Shown one piece after another: positions 14,018-26,503 of a stretch of 64,000 bases of DNA (position 1 is its first letter; the number at the start of each line of letters is the position of its first letter). The stretch is from Chrysomallon squamiferum. Lineage: Eukaryota; Animalia; Mollusca. A program made the translations under genes and the position numbers. The notes under the pieces were generated by a model, which worked only from the letters and a program-made list of their open reading frames with translations, did not search any database and had not been told where the DNA came from. The stretch covers positions 10,726,001-10,790,000 of the forward strand of contig CM022667.1 of NCBI GenBank assembly GCA_012295275.1, read 5' to 3'.

Positions 14018-14875
14018 AGATTGGAAGATGATTTTTCTTTCTGCCAGAATATATTTTACTGTCATTATTTCATCGTGTTTGTAATAATTAAACAACAACA
14101 GCAATAATAACCATAATAATAAGAAGAAAAGCAACAGCAGCAACAACAACAACAACAAACATCAACAAGATGATAATAAAAATAATGATCTTTGACTACT
14201 AAAAAACACGAGATACTTTACAGAAAGTACATAACTTACAGCGTTACAGTTAATGTGTATCCCTGCATGACACCGGTAACTTAACACTATATATAAAATG
14301 TGTCTTCTCAATTGCCAGGGATGGGCTGCACTTGGTATCGCTTACTGCGATTATATTTCTTAATTCTTTAAATTTTATATCCATCAATACACGCATTGTA
14401 TTAAATGAACGGCGAAATGAAACCTTTAGCACGCTTACCTTTTTATTTCTGACAAGAAAATGACATGTGCTCTCTCATTCTTCCTGTTTCATTTTTCTTT
14501 CTTCTTTTTTTTCTTCCTGTTTCTTTTCTCTAATTCTTCCTTTTCTGTTTTGTTCCTGTTTCACTCATTTGATCTGTTTCAGTACATAAGCGCGTGTACG
14601 ATTATATACGCACACTCATATACGCACACTCTAATCTGTCTATTCATTTATTTGTCTCTCCCTCCATGTGTATGTTAAGTCTGTCTATCTCTTACTAGTT
14701 CTCTCCGTCTGTTTATCATCTGTCTAGTTACCTCTGTACATGCATTCACATGAACTAACGCGCACATTTAAACACATGTACACACATGCAGAACATACAT
14801 AATCATATTAATACAGGACCCACAATATACACAATACACACACGCAAACAAAAACAAAACAAAAAAATACTCTTA

Positions 14876-14909
<34 letters not shown>

Positions 14910-15349
14910 TGAGTGGGGGATTGTTGTTTCATAAATCATTTTTTTTTTTTTTTTCAATACTAAACAAAAAGACTAGCATAATAATTACCTAGAGAACAAT
15001 ACAAAAATTTATTACACATATGCATACGCTCCGCTTTAGAACTCTTTCATGGATTATTTTGTACATTCAATACTTTTATTATTCCACGTTTGTTGTTCTC
15101 TATGTTTCAGTTTTTAAGTGCCAGGAATAGCGTTATTAATATTCAGAAATATTATTGTTTTTTGTGTTGCTTCTATTGATTTGACACGTGCGTGCTATAA
15201 TATACTGAATACAAGGTCCGTGTCTTGCATATTTATGACGCAATACGATTTATGTGAAAACAAATGTCACATATCGATTACGTACAGTTATGCTTGTCAG
15301 AACTTGCTGATAAAGATCGTGAGTACGTGGGTTCAATTCTTGAAATCGG

Positions 15350-15357
15350 GATGCTTG

Positions 15358-15388
<31 letters not shown>

Positions 15389-15509
15389 TGATTGTTTTAA
15401 GGGTTTTTTAAAATGTATTCTAGGTTGTTGTTTTTTTTTATCTTCTTCTTTTTCTTTTTGGTTCTGAAATTATTTTATTTTATTTTATTTTATTTTATTT
15501 TATTTTATT

Positions 15510-15548
<39 letters not shown>

Positions 15549-15873
15549 TTGTTATTACTTTTTTCTTTCTTCGTATTTTTGTCGCTCGCTTTTAGGCCTG
15601 TTCTGTATTTCATTATTTCATTCTTCTTTCTTTCTTTCTTTCTCACTTTTCCTTTGCAGTTCTCTGTCATTCTTTTAGTTACATTACTTTTCTTTCTTTT
15701 TTTCTTTTTAAAGACATATTCTTTCTTTCTCCATTAATTAATTAAGTCTTTTATTTCTTCTCTTCATTTTCAAATTTTATTTGACTTCTTCGTTCTTCTA
15801 TTTTCTCTTGTTGCTCGCTGCTTTTTCATTTTTGTTAAATTTTGTATATTTTTGTTAAGGCCTGTTTTTCTTC

Positions 15874-15908
<35 letters not shown>

Positions 15909-16870
15909 TCATTCATGTGTTTTCTCACACATATTTCATTCAGTGTTTCACTTTGTTTGATTCCTTTGTTAATTTTATTTGTTTTTCTTTCATTCTTTTG
16001 TTCTTTGTTTTAGGCCTTTTTTCTTCTTTTCATCTTCCTTTTCTTTTGTTTCTTATTTCTTATTTCTTTCTATGGTCTTTTCTTTTCTTTCTTTTTTCTT
16101 TCATTCCTTCTTTTTACAGTTTTATTCTTCATTCATTTTTTTCTTTAATTCGTTTTTCTTTCGATCTGTCAAGTCATTTTTATTTTTTTATTCTGTTTTT
16201 TTTAACACCTCTACCTTTACCTCTTTATTCTTTCTTAATTTTTTCTTTATTTGTTCTTTCTATCTTTGTTACTTTTTCTTTCTCCTTTTATCTCTAATGG
16301 ATTCTTTCTTTCTCTCACGATTCATTTTTCTTTCTATCTTTCTTTCTCGCTTTGACTATCTTTCTTTCTTTCTGTTTTTCAGTTCGTTTTTCTATCTTCC
16401 AAATTAAACTTTACAGTTTATGGCTAATCAAAATGGAGCGAGTATAAAATTTTACTTTTTAGAATTTTATTTCTTCGTGTATTTTTGAAAAATAACAACA
16501 GTAAATAAATGAATGAACGAAAGAATAAAATAAATTATTTCTTTTCAATTTCTTCTTAGTATGTTTCATTCGTTCTTCTGTGTTTCTGTTTTTTCTTTCT
16601 TCCATCTATTTCATTGTATGATTTATTATTTATTTTATTTTGATTTAATTTATTTCGTTTCTTTTTGTTTTATTTAAATTATAAATATAATTTGATTTGC
16701 TCAAAAACTATCTTTAACATAAAGTAAACCTCTATCGCCTTATCTTTTTTTAATAAAGATAAATGTTTTTTTTTTTTTTAAAAAAATTTTCAATTTTAAT
16801 TCTTCTTCTTCTTTTTCTAGTTATTTTATTTTATTTTAGTTTTAAAACATTCATATCCTTATTTTAGTTT
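15350..16870. repeat. ~1.5-kb T/C-rich low-complexity tract (decayed TTTC/TTTA repeats)
   Basis: Strong pyrimidine bias on the + strand. It gives rise to the F/S/L-rich spurious ORFs. Confidence 0.85.
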
Positions 16871-17901
16871 TCAATACATGACAAATACAATATCAATAAA
16901 TAAATAAAATAATCTCCCAGGAAACAAATCCTCTCCCACAACAAAATTTCTCATACCCAATTCATCCCACTTCAAATGTTTTATTCAAATTATATCCCAA
17001 AATCTATTTCCAATTTCCCTTAATCTTTATTTAAGCTTTCGTCAAACAGAATTCGTGTTAATATCATATTTTGCGGAAGCCGCCTGCGGGGCCTCGCTTT
17101 CGAGTTCATTATAATCTGTCACTCACTGCAGCGGTTGTGTGTCTACGACAATGATTACTCCCCACCCATTCATTTTCAATTCATAAATATATAAATGAAA
17201 GCGAATATTACTTGACGTTTCTCATCGATTCGCCCGCGGGCCTACATCGCTCGCCCATTCACGAAAAATGTGTTTCCAAACGACCAGTGATAATGATAAT
17301 AATAATGATAACTTCAGATCGTCTGCTGACGGGAAATTATTGATTGTCATACAGTAAATAGCATATCGCGAACTGCATGAAAGAGAGGGAGAGAAAAAAA
17401 AAAAAAAAAAAAAAAAATGGTTATGAGATAAACGCGAGTAGAGTTATAGACTTATTAATATTGGCGTTTATCCATCCATTCATCAGCGAGTGATCGCGTT
17501 AATAATGTGTTTATGTCGGGAGATTGCCAATGTATAATATGATATTGTGTCTGTAGTATGAAGGCGTTGTAGAGGTGAGGATGGGGGGGGGAGGTTGATA
17601 TCAGAGACGGTTATCCATCAGTAAGTATTATGATTTGATTATTAAACGGTTTGATCCGGCTTATTGGAGGACAAGTGCTCGTTGACAGAAATTTGTGTAC
17701 AGAACAGCATCTCGAGAGGTTTAAACACTTAGTTAGTAGCGCCGGGGCTCTGTTTGGGTTCGCGAAAAAATAATAAAAAGGAAATAAAGAAATATGAAAG
17801 GGATGTTTGGAAACTAGAGTCTTCCTGTAATTATGATCCCGTACAGTCAAGTAGTTTATGGCTGCGGTGTTATTGAACTCAGCTGAATTAACAGCTAATG
17901 C

Positions 17902-18380
17902 TAATGTAACTAACGACTTATGGTAACATACTAACGACTGATTTAACATACTAACGACTAATTTGACATACTAACGACTGCGTTAACATAATAACGACTC
18001 ATACTAACATACTAACAAGTGATTTAACATAGTAACGACTGATGTTAACATTCTAACGATTGACTGAATATACTAATGACTTATGCTAACATACTAACAA
18101 CTGATTTAACATACTAATGTCTGATGCTAACATACTAACGACTGATTTAACATACTAACGAGTGATGCTAACATACTAACAACTGATTTAACATACTAAC
18201 GACTCATACTGACATACTAACAAGTGATTTAACATACTAACGACTGATTTAACATACTAACTATTCATGCTGACATACTAACGAATAATTTAACATACTA
18301 ATGAGTGATGTTAACATACTAACGACTGATGCTAACATACTAACGAGTAATTTAACATACTAATTAATGATACCAACATA
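17902..18380 (+). repeat. Minisatellite of ~22 units of 20/21 bp, consensus TAACATACTAACGACTGATT / TAACATACTAACGACTGATGC
   Basis: Units parsed by hand from 17924 to 18373. The 20- and 21-bp units alternate in the middle of the array (41-bp higher-order repeat). It holds 16 exact TACTAAC and 4 TACTAAT. Confidence 0.95.
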
Positions 18381-19239
18381 GCGACATAGAACTCAAGTAG
18401 TATGACAAGCAGCTTTCGTTGTGTATTTGATTACTAATATTATTATCCCGACAGGAATGACAAAGGGAACTAAAACGCTTACAATTGTCAAAAAAAAAAA
18501 AAAGATATAGCAAAAACACTGAGGGGAAACACGCTACTGACACACAAGTTACTCCTTTTCATCTATGACAGTTGCGTACGGACGCTACGTAGGCATCGTA
18601 TACTACTACAACTACTACTACTACTACTTCTACTAGTACTACTACTACTATTACTACTACTACTACTACTTCTAATAGTCATAATAATTTAATGTCCAAG
18701 TAAAATTATCGTTTGGGAAAAAAAAAAAAAAAAAAAAAAAAAAAGGTTGGGTATCAGTACTAAACAGACAGAAATGACTGCTAATTTTTATTTAATTTTT
18801 TGGGGTATCATTTCAAGCTTTCTTTTCAGGTAAAAAAAAAAAATAAACAAATACTGTCACCCATCCGGAGCCTCACTTGAAAAGATGGAAGTTTTTGACA
18901 AGACAGAAGCTTCTCCTTCCTGTCACTTCGCCTGTCACCGATAAGCCTCTTAGACAGCGTTTATGGGTGTTCATGTCGCAGCTACAACAACGCAAACAAT
19001 AAACGTTGTCCCCACGGGCGCTCTCGCGGGCCGTGGGTGGCAGCGTCATTCCCGCGTCGTCTACGGCACGACAGCAAGCACGCGAATCTTGTGCGTAGCA
19101 GTCACTTGTTGATTTCAGCTTCCCCCCCCCCGACTCCCGCTGATACAGGTAACGTTAGGACAGGTATTCGCTGTCCGGGAGGATGTAAAAGATGAATGAA
19201 AAAAGAGAGAGAAAAAAGAGAAAAAAAGAAAAGAAAAGA

Positions 19240-19351
19240 TGTGATGTTTATGTTGGTGAAATTCGATAGAGTGTGTTGTAGATTTTTGTAGTAGCGTTTT
19301 GTTACGTAATACACTCAAAATGATGTCATTTAAATTCAGATCTTTCTATCA
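19240..19351 (+). repeat. Dispersed direct repeat, copy 1 (112 bp, TG...CA)
   Basis: TGTGATGTTTATG...GTGAAATTCGATA...CAAAATGATGTCATTTA...TCTTTCTATCA aligns along its length with 20813-20932. Confidence 0.9.
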
Positions 19352-20355
19352 ACGTTATTTAAAAATTTTTTTATGGCATGTACTGTTTCTCTTATTTCTC
19401 CTCGGTTTCTCCTGATCTGCCCCGCCCCCCACATCCATACTCCTTTTTTTCTTCTAATTCAGCTTCTCGTGAATATTTTGGTTTACTCCTAAAATTTTCA
19501 TCTTTTACTCACTCTCTCTCTTTCTCTCTTTCTCATTTACCATCTTAATGTAAATGCTTTTTATTTTTTATTTTTTTTTTTTTTTTAATATGCCCTATTC
19601 TTGTATGTTATTATTATTATTTTTTTTTTTATCTAAAACTTAATATTGTTGTTGTTGTTTTGACCTAGATGTAATTTTCGTTTTATCCCAAGATTATATT
19701 TTTATAATTTACCCTTATTAAACGTACAGAACTACTTGAAATCTATTCATTTTGCTCGTTTTCTCTCTCTTCCTTAAAGACATTATTTTAGAACATCCTT
19801 CAGGCAGATTTGATATAAAACAATTTTTTTTTTTTTTTTTTTTTTTTTTTATATTCTGACACTTGTATACTACATTAATACATCTAATTCGAATCTGTCA
19901 AAACAATAAGTACAAAAAAAGAAAAAAAAAAAAAGAAAAGAAGCCTCGATACGTTTCTACACAGAATATGTACACCTTTGTGTATGAATCGCTCTCATAT
20001 TTGCGCATACAACAAAAGGATATATATTTCCATGAAACCGTATAATTTCCAAAACAAACAACAGCGAAAAGTACCGTCACGTGTTTCAATTTGCTTCTGT
20101 CCCTAAGGTGTGTGGGTAACGCCATTGTGTGGAGGGGCAAAATGGCGCTCGTGTAACACATGTTTCCATCAAGGAAACTATTTTCTTTTCATAAGCGGCC
20201 CCATGTTTTCACCGCTCGGAGGGGTGTCCGTTTTAATCAAGTTGACACAATCTGCTCGCCTTTAGCACAATATTAGTATGCATTTGGAAAATATGATCGG
20301 AAAAATCTTCGACGGTCGCTTGGGAGTTTCTTCTTTCGTCCACATGTTCAACGCA

Positions 20356-20369
20356 GCGCCACCAAGTGG
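20356..20369 (-). promoter_or_regulatory. CTCF-like motif, reverse orientation
   Basis: Minus strand CCACTTGGTGGCGC versus core consensus CCASYAGRKGGCRS; one mismatch. Confidence 0.45.
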
Positions 20370-20580
20370 CTGACCCGTCCTCAGGGGAGGCAACTGGGGT
20401 CAAGAGTTTCGCTTTGTTTTTGCTTGTGTGCCTTGGTCAGGATAACATTGCTGGTGCTGGCGTTTCGTTTTCAGAATCAGACACATGCTTCCATCGCAGC
20501 TCCCCATCAAAATAAATTTTCAACATTTAATTATGGTTTAACGGTGGTCAGAGTCGACGCCGCTGAATAAACTGACCGGT

Positions 20581-20786
20581 GGTCATGTAGTCCAGTAGTC
20601 AGAGCGATGGCGTGAAGTGTCGGACGTTCAGCAATCAAACCTCCTAATTATCACCATCGTTCTATTTCCAGTTCTAACTGGCACCCCACACCTGGTTTGT
20701 AAAAGATTTTGATTTGTTCCCCTCACTGTGAAGGTTTATGTAAAAAGATTGTTTGCTACTAATCGACAAGATCAGTCCTGAAGCAG
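20581..20786 (+). mobile_element. Degenerate tRNA-derived SINE (head plus central domain)
   Basis: Decayed A-box-like GTAGTCCAGTAGTCAGAGCG and B-box-like GCAATCAAACC are followed by CCCCACACCTGG...TAAAAAGATTGTTTGCTACTAATCGACAAGA. This resembles a gastropod SINE consensus recalled from memory, and related fragments lie at 12740-12850 and 37611-37689. Confidence 0.55.
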
Positions 20787-20812
20787 AAAGAGAGAGAGAA
20801 AAAAAGAAAAGG

Positions 20813-20932
20813 TGTGATATTTATGTAGTGAAATTCGATACACTGTGTTGTAGATTGTTGTAGCCCTTAAGGTAGCGTTTTGTTTCGTAATACGTTCAAA
20901 ATGATGTCATTTATATGCATATCTTTCTATCA
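20813..20932 (+). repeat. Dispersed direct repeat, copy 2 (120 bp, TG...CA)
   Basis: Homologous to 19240-19351, with an extra CCCTTAAGG. It is preceded by a purine tract. Confidence 0.9.
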
Positions 20933-21094
20933 TCGTCTCTGCTCCCAAAGATATTTTCTTTGTGCAGGGCAAATAATTATGTTTAGCAACGATATGTTGT
21001 AGTGTCGAATGATAAATATTCTTTCATTCAGTCGCTAGAACCTATAATGTATAAATAAAGTTACTTTTCGCTTGGCGACCATTTCAAAGCGTTT

Positions 21095-21188
<94 letters not shown>

Positions 21189-22523
21189 TTACTTAAACAC
21201 AATTAAAATGTTCACACATAGCGAAAGACACAAATGTCTACACGTGATGTATATATATATACACACATGCATTCTTGGGAAGATCCACTTTATCTAGTCG
21301 ATAAAAACGTTCTGTGGTAAAATTTCAAAACTTAGAATAAAGACTGAACAACAACTACAAAAAAAAGATCTGACAAATTTGTATTATTTTGTTTGTCCCC
21401 CGTCACATGAAACAAAAGACTCGAATTCCAATAGAAATGCGATTTACGAAAAAGGCAAAAGAACGGTTCACGGAAGGAGCCGAATAAACATTTCGTTGAT
21501 TGTCGTGTTGTGGTCTTTGGCAATATGTTACAACGAAACAAACTTTGTTTTGGCGCAAATTCTGTTAGGTTCGGATTGTTGACCGATTCTGTTATCGGTT
21601 TTTTTTGTATGTATCTGTTCTTAGCGAGCTCATTTCAATACCAGAACTGATCACGTGTTCAACATGCGTGGTGTTAAATATAGAAATTAATTTTTTTTTT
21701 TAAATAAGAAAGAAAGAAATAAAATCTAACAATGAAATGCTCTTAGTATAAATAAATAAATACGTGTATAATTTATACATGTAGTTATAGATAGACATAT
21801 AAACAGATAGATAGATAGCTAGATAGATGGATACAGCCGTCGATGGAACGTTTCTTCATATTATTTTTCTTTTCTCTCCTTCATTCTCTATCTGTCATTC
21901 TCTCTCACTCTGTCTCTCCGTATCTTGTTCCACACACACACACACACACACACATAAACTCTTTGTATAGATGAATAAAAAACCCATAAATAAATAAAAT
22001 TAACAAACAAACTAACAAACAAAAACCTACATCAGTCTTAAATCAACTTTCGGAACTACGAATTTAATAATAATAATAATAAAAAAACCCAGCAACTAAA
22101 TAAATTATAATATCACGTCTTCGAGCTGGCAGGAAGGCTATAATTATTAATTAACTCCAGACATTATGAGCAATACATTTTCCAAATAGAAACAAATCGA
22201 CTTCATTTCGGAATGTGTTGACATCCCTTTGTCAGCGGACTATGGCGAACTCGTACGACAGAAGTAATTATACAAGGCTTAAACAAAGAGTATTTTCCTT
22301 CGAGATGACGAAGCCATAATCTTTCCTCATAATTTGAAGAGTTCCATGCCGCCATTGATCAAACGTGAATCGAGCTGTCAATTATTTCGGCGATGGTTTG
22401 ATATTTTTCATGACGTTTTCAGGCCTTCGACAGGAAGCGAACGTCGTGGTGGTGTTATGAGACGACAACAAAATGGAATCAGCCTCCTCCGAAGCGTTAA
22501 CATCTACGTGACACCAACTGCCA

Positions 22524-22537
22524 GCACTAGAGGGCGC
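22524..22537 (+). promoter_or_regulatory. CTCF-like motif, forward orientation
   Basis: GCACTAGAGGGCGC versus CCASYAGRKGGCRS; one mismatch at position 1. Confidence 0.55.
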
Positions 22538-23568
22538 TTCTCCGCCTGGATAACTCAGAAGTCATCGCGGCGTTAGAAATACATCATCGAAAAACCAGGC
22601 GAATTTCGTCTGTTTTGTTAATAACGCGAAAAGAATTTTTATTTTTTATTTTTTTTTATCTTATTTTTTTAAAATTTTTTTATTTATTTAGTTTTTTTTT
22701 TCCTTGTCAAAGTATCTGCTCTCTGAAATTCTGAACTCGCGGAGTTTTAATAAAGTCGCTCGCACTTAATGAAATCGTCATCTCTCGTTTTTAGCAATGC
22801 GAACACATTTGTTATTACGATGATTGACGAGAGGGCAAAAATGACGTCCGCTTATGACGTAGTAATCGACAAATCAGTTCCGAAACCCAAACAGAAAGAA
22901 AAAATGAAAAATAAATATGTTTACACTTGTCCATGTGGTTATGTAATTTTTGACTGTGGTAGGTCGCTAGATCTTGTCCTAGAATTATCATCTTTGTCTG
23001 TCTCGAGTTCATTTCTGGAACGTATTTATCTCCAAGGTTACGTTACCTGTTATGACATCATATCAGTCAGTTTCTAAAACGTATATTTAAAATAAATGTT
23101 ACTTCCCTAAAACTCGTTTTTTTTCATTTTTTTTTTTTTTTTCATTTTCTTTTTCATTGTCCCAGAACTACGATATTTTCCTTTCATGAGTTTAAATATT
23201 TACATATTTATATCCATGGTTACTAACATATTATGACGTCATTACACGCAGATTCCCCAAAAAATGTTTATACTTAAAGTTAACTGTACTTGTTTAATCT
23301 CGAAACCCACTCCCAGTTTGCCAGCTAGTTTACTTACAAAACAGAACATGATCAGAAAAGCCGGGAATTATACACACGTTAATGGAAATGGGAACTTGGA
23401 ACTTCGAAATGCTCCAGTGCAACAGCATCCCTCGCTTTAGTAATGCGAGGTAAAATTTAATACTGATAACACAGTGAACTTGATAACAGCCCGAAACATC
23501 TCCTCCTTATCTCTCATATGGTCATTGTCGGTGAAAATCATTTAATATGGGGGCAAATAAAATTATGA

Positions 23569-23664
<96 letters not shown>

Positions 23665-23981
23665 ATTGAAACACATAGGATTTTACACACGTACAGTTAA
23701 GCTATGTTACGATTTGTTTTTGTAACGAACAGACATGGTCTGATCGTGTTTTGGTAAAATGTATAAAACGTGTATTATCGTTTAGTTGACTGGAAGTTAA
23801 TTTGAATTTGCGTCATTACTAAGCCATTAAAGAAACAAAAAAATTACAAATATATTATTTGTGGTTTGTTAGAATGAGTTGTAAATAAATACAAGAACAT
23901 AGAAACGTATAGGCCTACAGAGAGAGAGAAAGAGAGATAAATAGATAGATAGATGATAGAGATAACGAGAGAGAGATAGAT

Positions 23982-24062
<81 letters not shown>

Positions 24063-24309
24063 AACAGAATGAGAAGAAAACATAAAATATTCGAGAACCT
24101 ACAGACAAGACAGCAAAATGTATTCTTAATTATCAACTATTTCAAGTATTTACAAAAACAAATTCACATATTTAATTTTCTTTAATATTAGAAAGTACAA
24201 ACATATTCAGATATACAAAAAAAAAAAAAAAAAAAAAAAAAAAACATCTTTCCCATACAAAAATGTCTGTACCCGAAACCTGTTGTCAAAAAAAAAAAAA
24301 AAAAAAAAA

Positions 24310-25620
24310 ATGTACAGGATGATGAGGCGTGAACGCTTTTACGTTTGGCTAATAAAGAGATGTTATCCAGGACCGATTTCCTGACCCGCGATTAACCTAT
24401 AATTAATAAAGTGCCTTGTGTTACGGGCCACGGGCTTTCTGAGATACAAAACTCGTCCCATTTTATGGCTCATACGGCGATCCGAGGATCAAAGATATTT
24501 CGCAATTAAGCAGACGGCTTTGAAGAGCGGGACTACATGGCGCGTAGGGAGACAGTGTAGATCACCCCCTTCATATCGGAAGTGTTCAACTTAGCTCGAA
24601 AGAGCATATATTAAGTTACCAAAGTCAATCGGAACAGCGCAGAAATTCAATTTCTTGTATTAGTTGCAATTGGACGTCGAAGAAATGATAGAAATTCGAG
24701 CTGTCTGCATTGGGGGAACATCCGTAAACTTTCAAAAGAATATCGAATTTTATTGGCCAATGTCGCTTCGGAAAGCTCCAAATTGAGTTAGCTTCATCGC
24801 TTGGAAATTTCTTTCCTATTCCTCGGCATTAATTTTTAATCTTCAACAATTGTAAATTATTTCTTCCTGGCAGCGTCGTCTATTTTCGATGGCGTCAAAT
24901 GGGGGCTCTACGCTGAGAGAGACGGGCTAGGAACGAAAGCTTTGGGTCGACTTGCGCTTGATGCTTAAAAACCGAAAGGTGCCGAGTCGCGGCGAAGCTC
25001 CGAGTGATTGAATTAAACGGGGGGCTGTCGAAAACGCATCATCAACAAGTATTGATACAACAAACAGAAGAAGAAGCCGCGAGGGCGCGGAAAAATAAAG
25101 AAAAATTATCTGTATTCTTCGCCGAGTTATCTCGGCGAAAACGCACCGCAGACACCAATAAAAGTGAATGACTGTGTACAATCGCCGTATCAGCTTTAAC
25201 AGACGAGACCCGGGTCTTATTATGATGGCAGCCATGTTGCATGTTAACTAACACAACCCATTAATAATGGTTGGTCATGGGGGGGCAGGCAGGGCAGGCA
25301 GGGAGGGAGGGCTGAAAGGTCAGCATGGAAAATCCATTCCGCGTAAACTGGAAATAATTCCTCTACCAATTACGTTCGTGATAAGGGGGTGGAACCGTCA
25401 CCGGGAGCAATTAATGGAACAACATGTCTGAATTGTCGTGTACATCTCGCGCGCGGCGTTTTCTCGCCAAATATCGCTTGTTGCGAGATCCGTGGCGTGA
25501 CGGGACTGATAAACCGGGGGCCCCCGTTCGGTAATGTGGCCGATAAACAATTTAAATTCCTCCCCTTTTCTAATAATTTTTATTAGTTTACGTCGTGGGT
25601 TATTTTAAGAAAAGTAATTG
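24310..25620. promoter_or_regulatory. Largest CpG-rich non-repetitive island (candidate enhancer / conserved non-coding element cluster)
   Basis: About 1.3 kb with no microsatellite, high CG content, many TAAT/ATTA and TTTATGG motifs, palindromes and a G-run cluster. No credible ORF. Confidence 0.45.
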
Positions 25621-26421
25621 TTAAGATGCGGTGACTAGCGTATGAATGTCAGCTCGCAGGAATACACTGGCTGTTATCGTTGATCATCATCATCATCATC
25701 ATCATCTTCTTTTTTCTTCTTAGATGCCTCCGTTGCCGATGTCATCGTGATATGCATTTTGTTTCATCATCGGTAACAACATCCTCGAACACACCCACAC
25801 CCACACACAGACAGACATAACTACCACAACGTATGAACATACCTTTTTTGGAAACAAAAAAAAATAATAACCATAAGACTTACAGTTTCACCAGCATCAT
25901 CTCATTTTATTAATTTATTATAAAAACTGTTTTTGCACTTTCTACGTGGCTAAATTTTTAATTACTTTTTTTTTTTTTTTTTTTTAATTAACCTGAAAGA
26001 TATTGGATATCGTTTTGAAGATAAACTTAAATAAGTATAAAGAAGCAACCTGACAGATTCTAAGAGGAAAAATAATCAAGGAAAATAAATAATTAATTTT
26101 GTTAGTGTTTGAAGATTACTTTGATGGTCAGATGTTCAGACTGCTGTTTTTCCACTAACCGATTTATTAAACAGTAGATCACACTGCTATTCGTTGTTTC
26201 AAAGAATGCAAGATTTACAGTACAATAGGGGGCAGTTTGAATTAGGTTTCAGTCCTGTGTCTGCGACCATCATAAAGACTAATGATGTTTATATCTATCT
26301 TCCTATGGATGTATTTATACATGTATGTATGTATATGTGTACGTATGCGTACGTATGAGTGTGAGTGTGTGTGTGTGTGTGTGTATTTGAGTGTGCGTAT
26401 GTTTATATGAAGATACACATA

Positions 26422-26503
<82 letters not shown>

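Noticed and set aside
17902-18380. CRISPR-like appearance of the TACTAAC array
   Set aside because: The core is only 12 nt, the 8-9-nt 'spacers' are mutated versions of one another, there are no cas genes, and the context is eukaryotic.
24529-24543. GGACTACATGGCGC as a further CTCF site
   Set aside because: Three mismatches including the core G; not distinguishable from a YY1-like or chance match.
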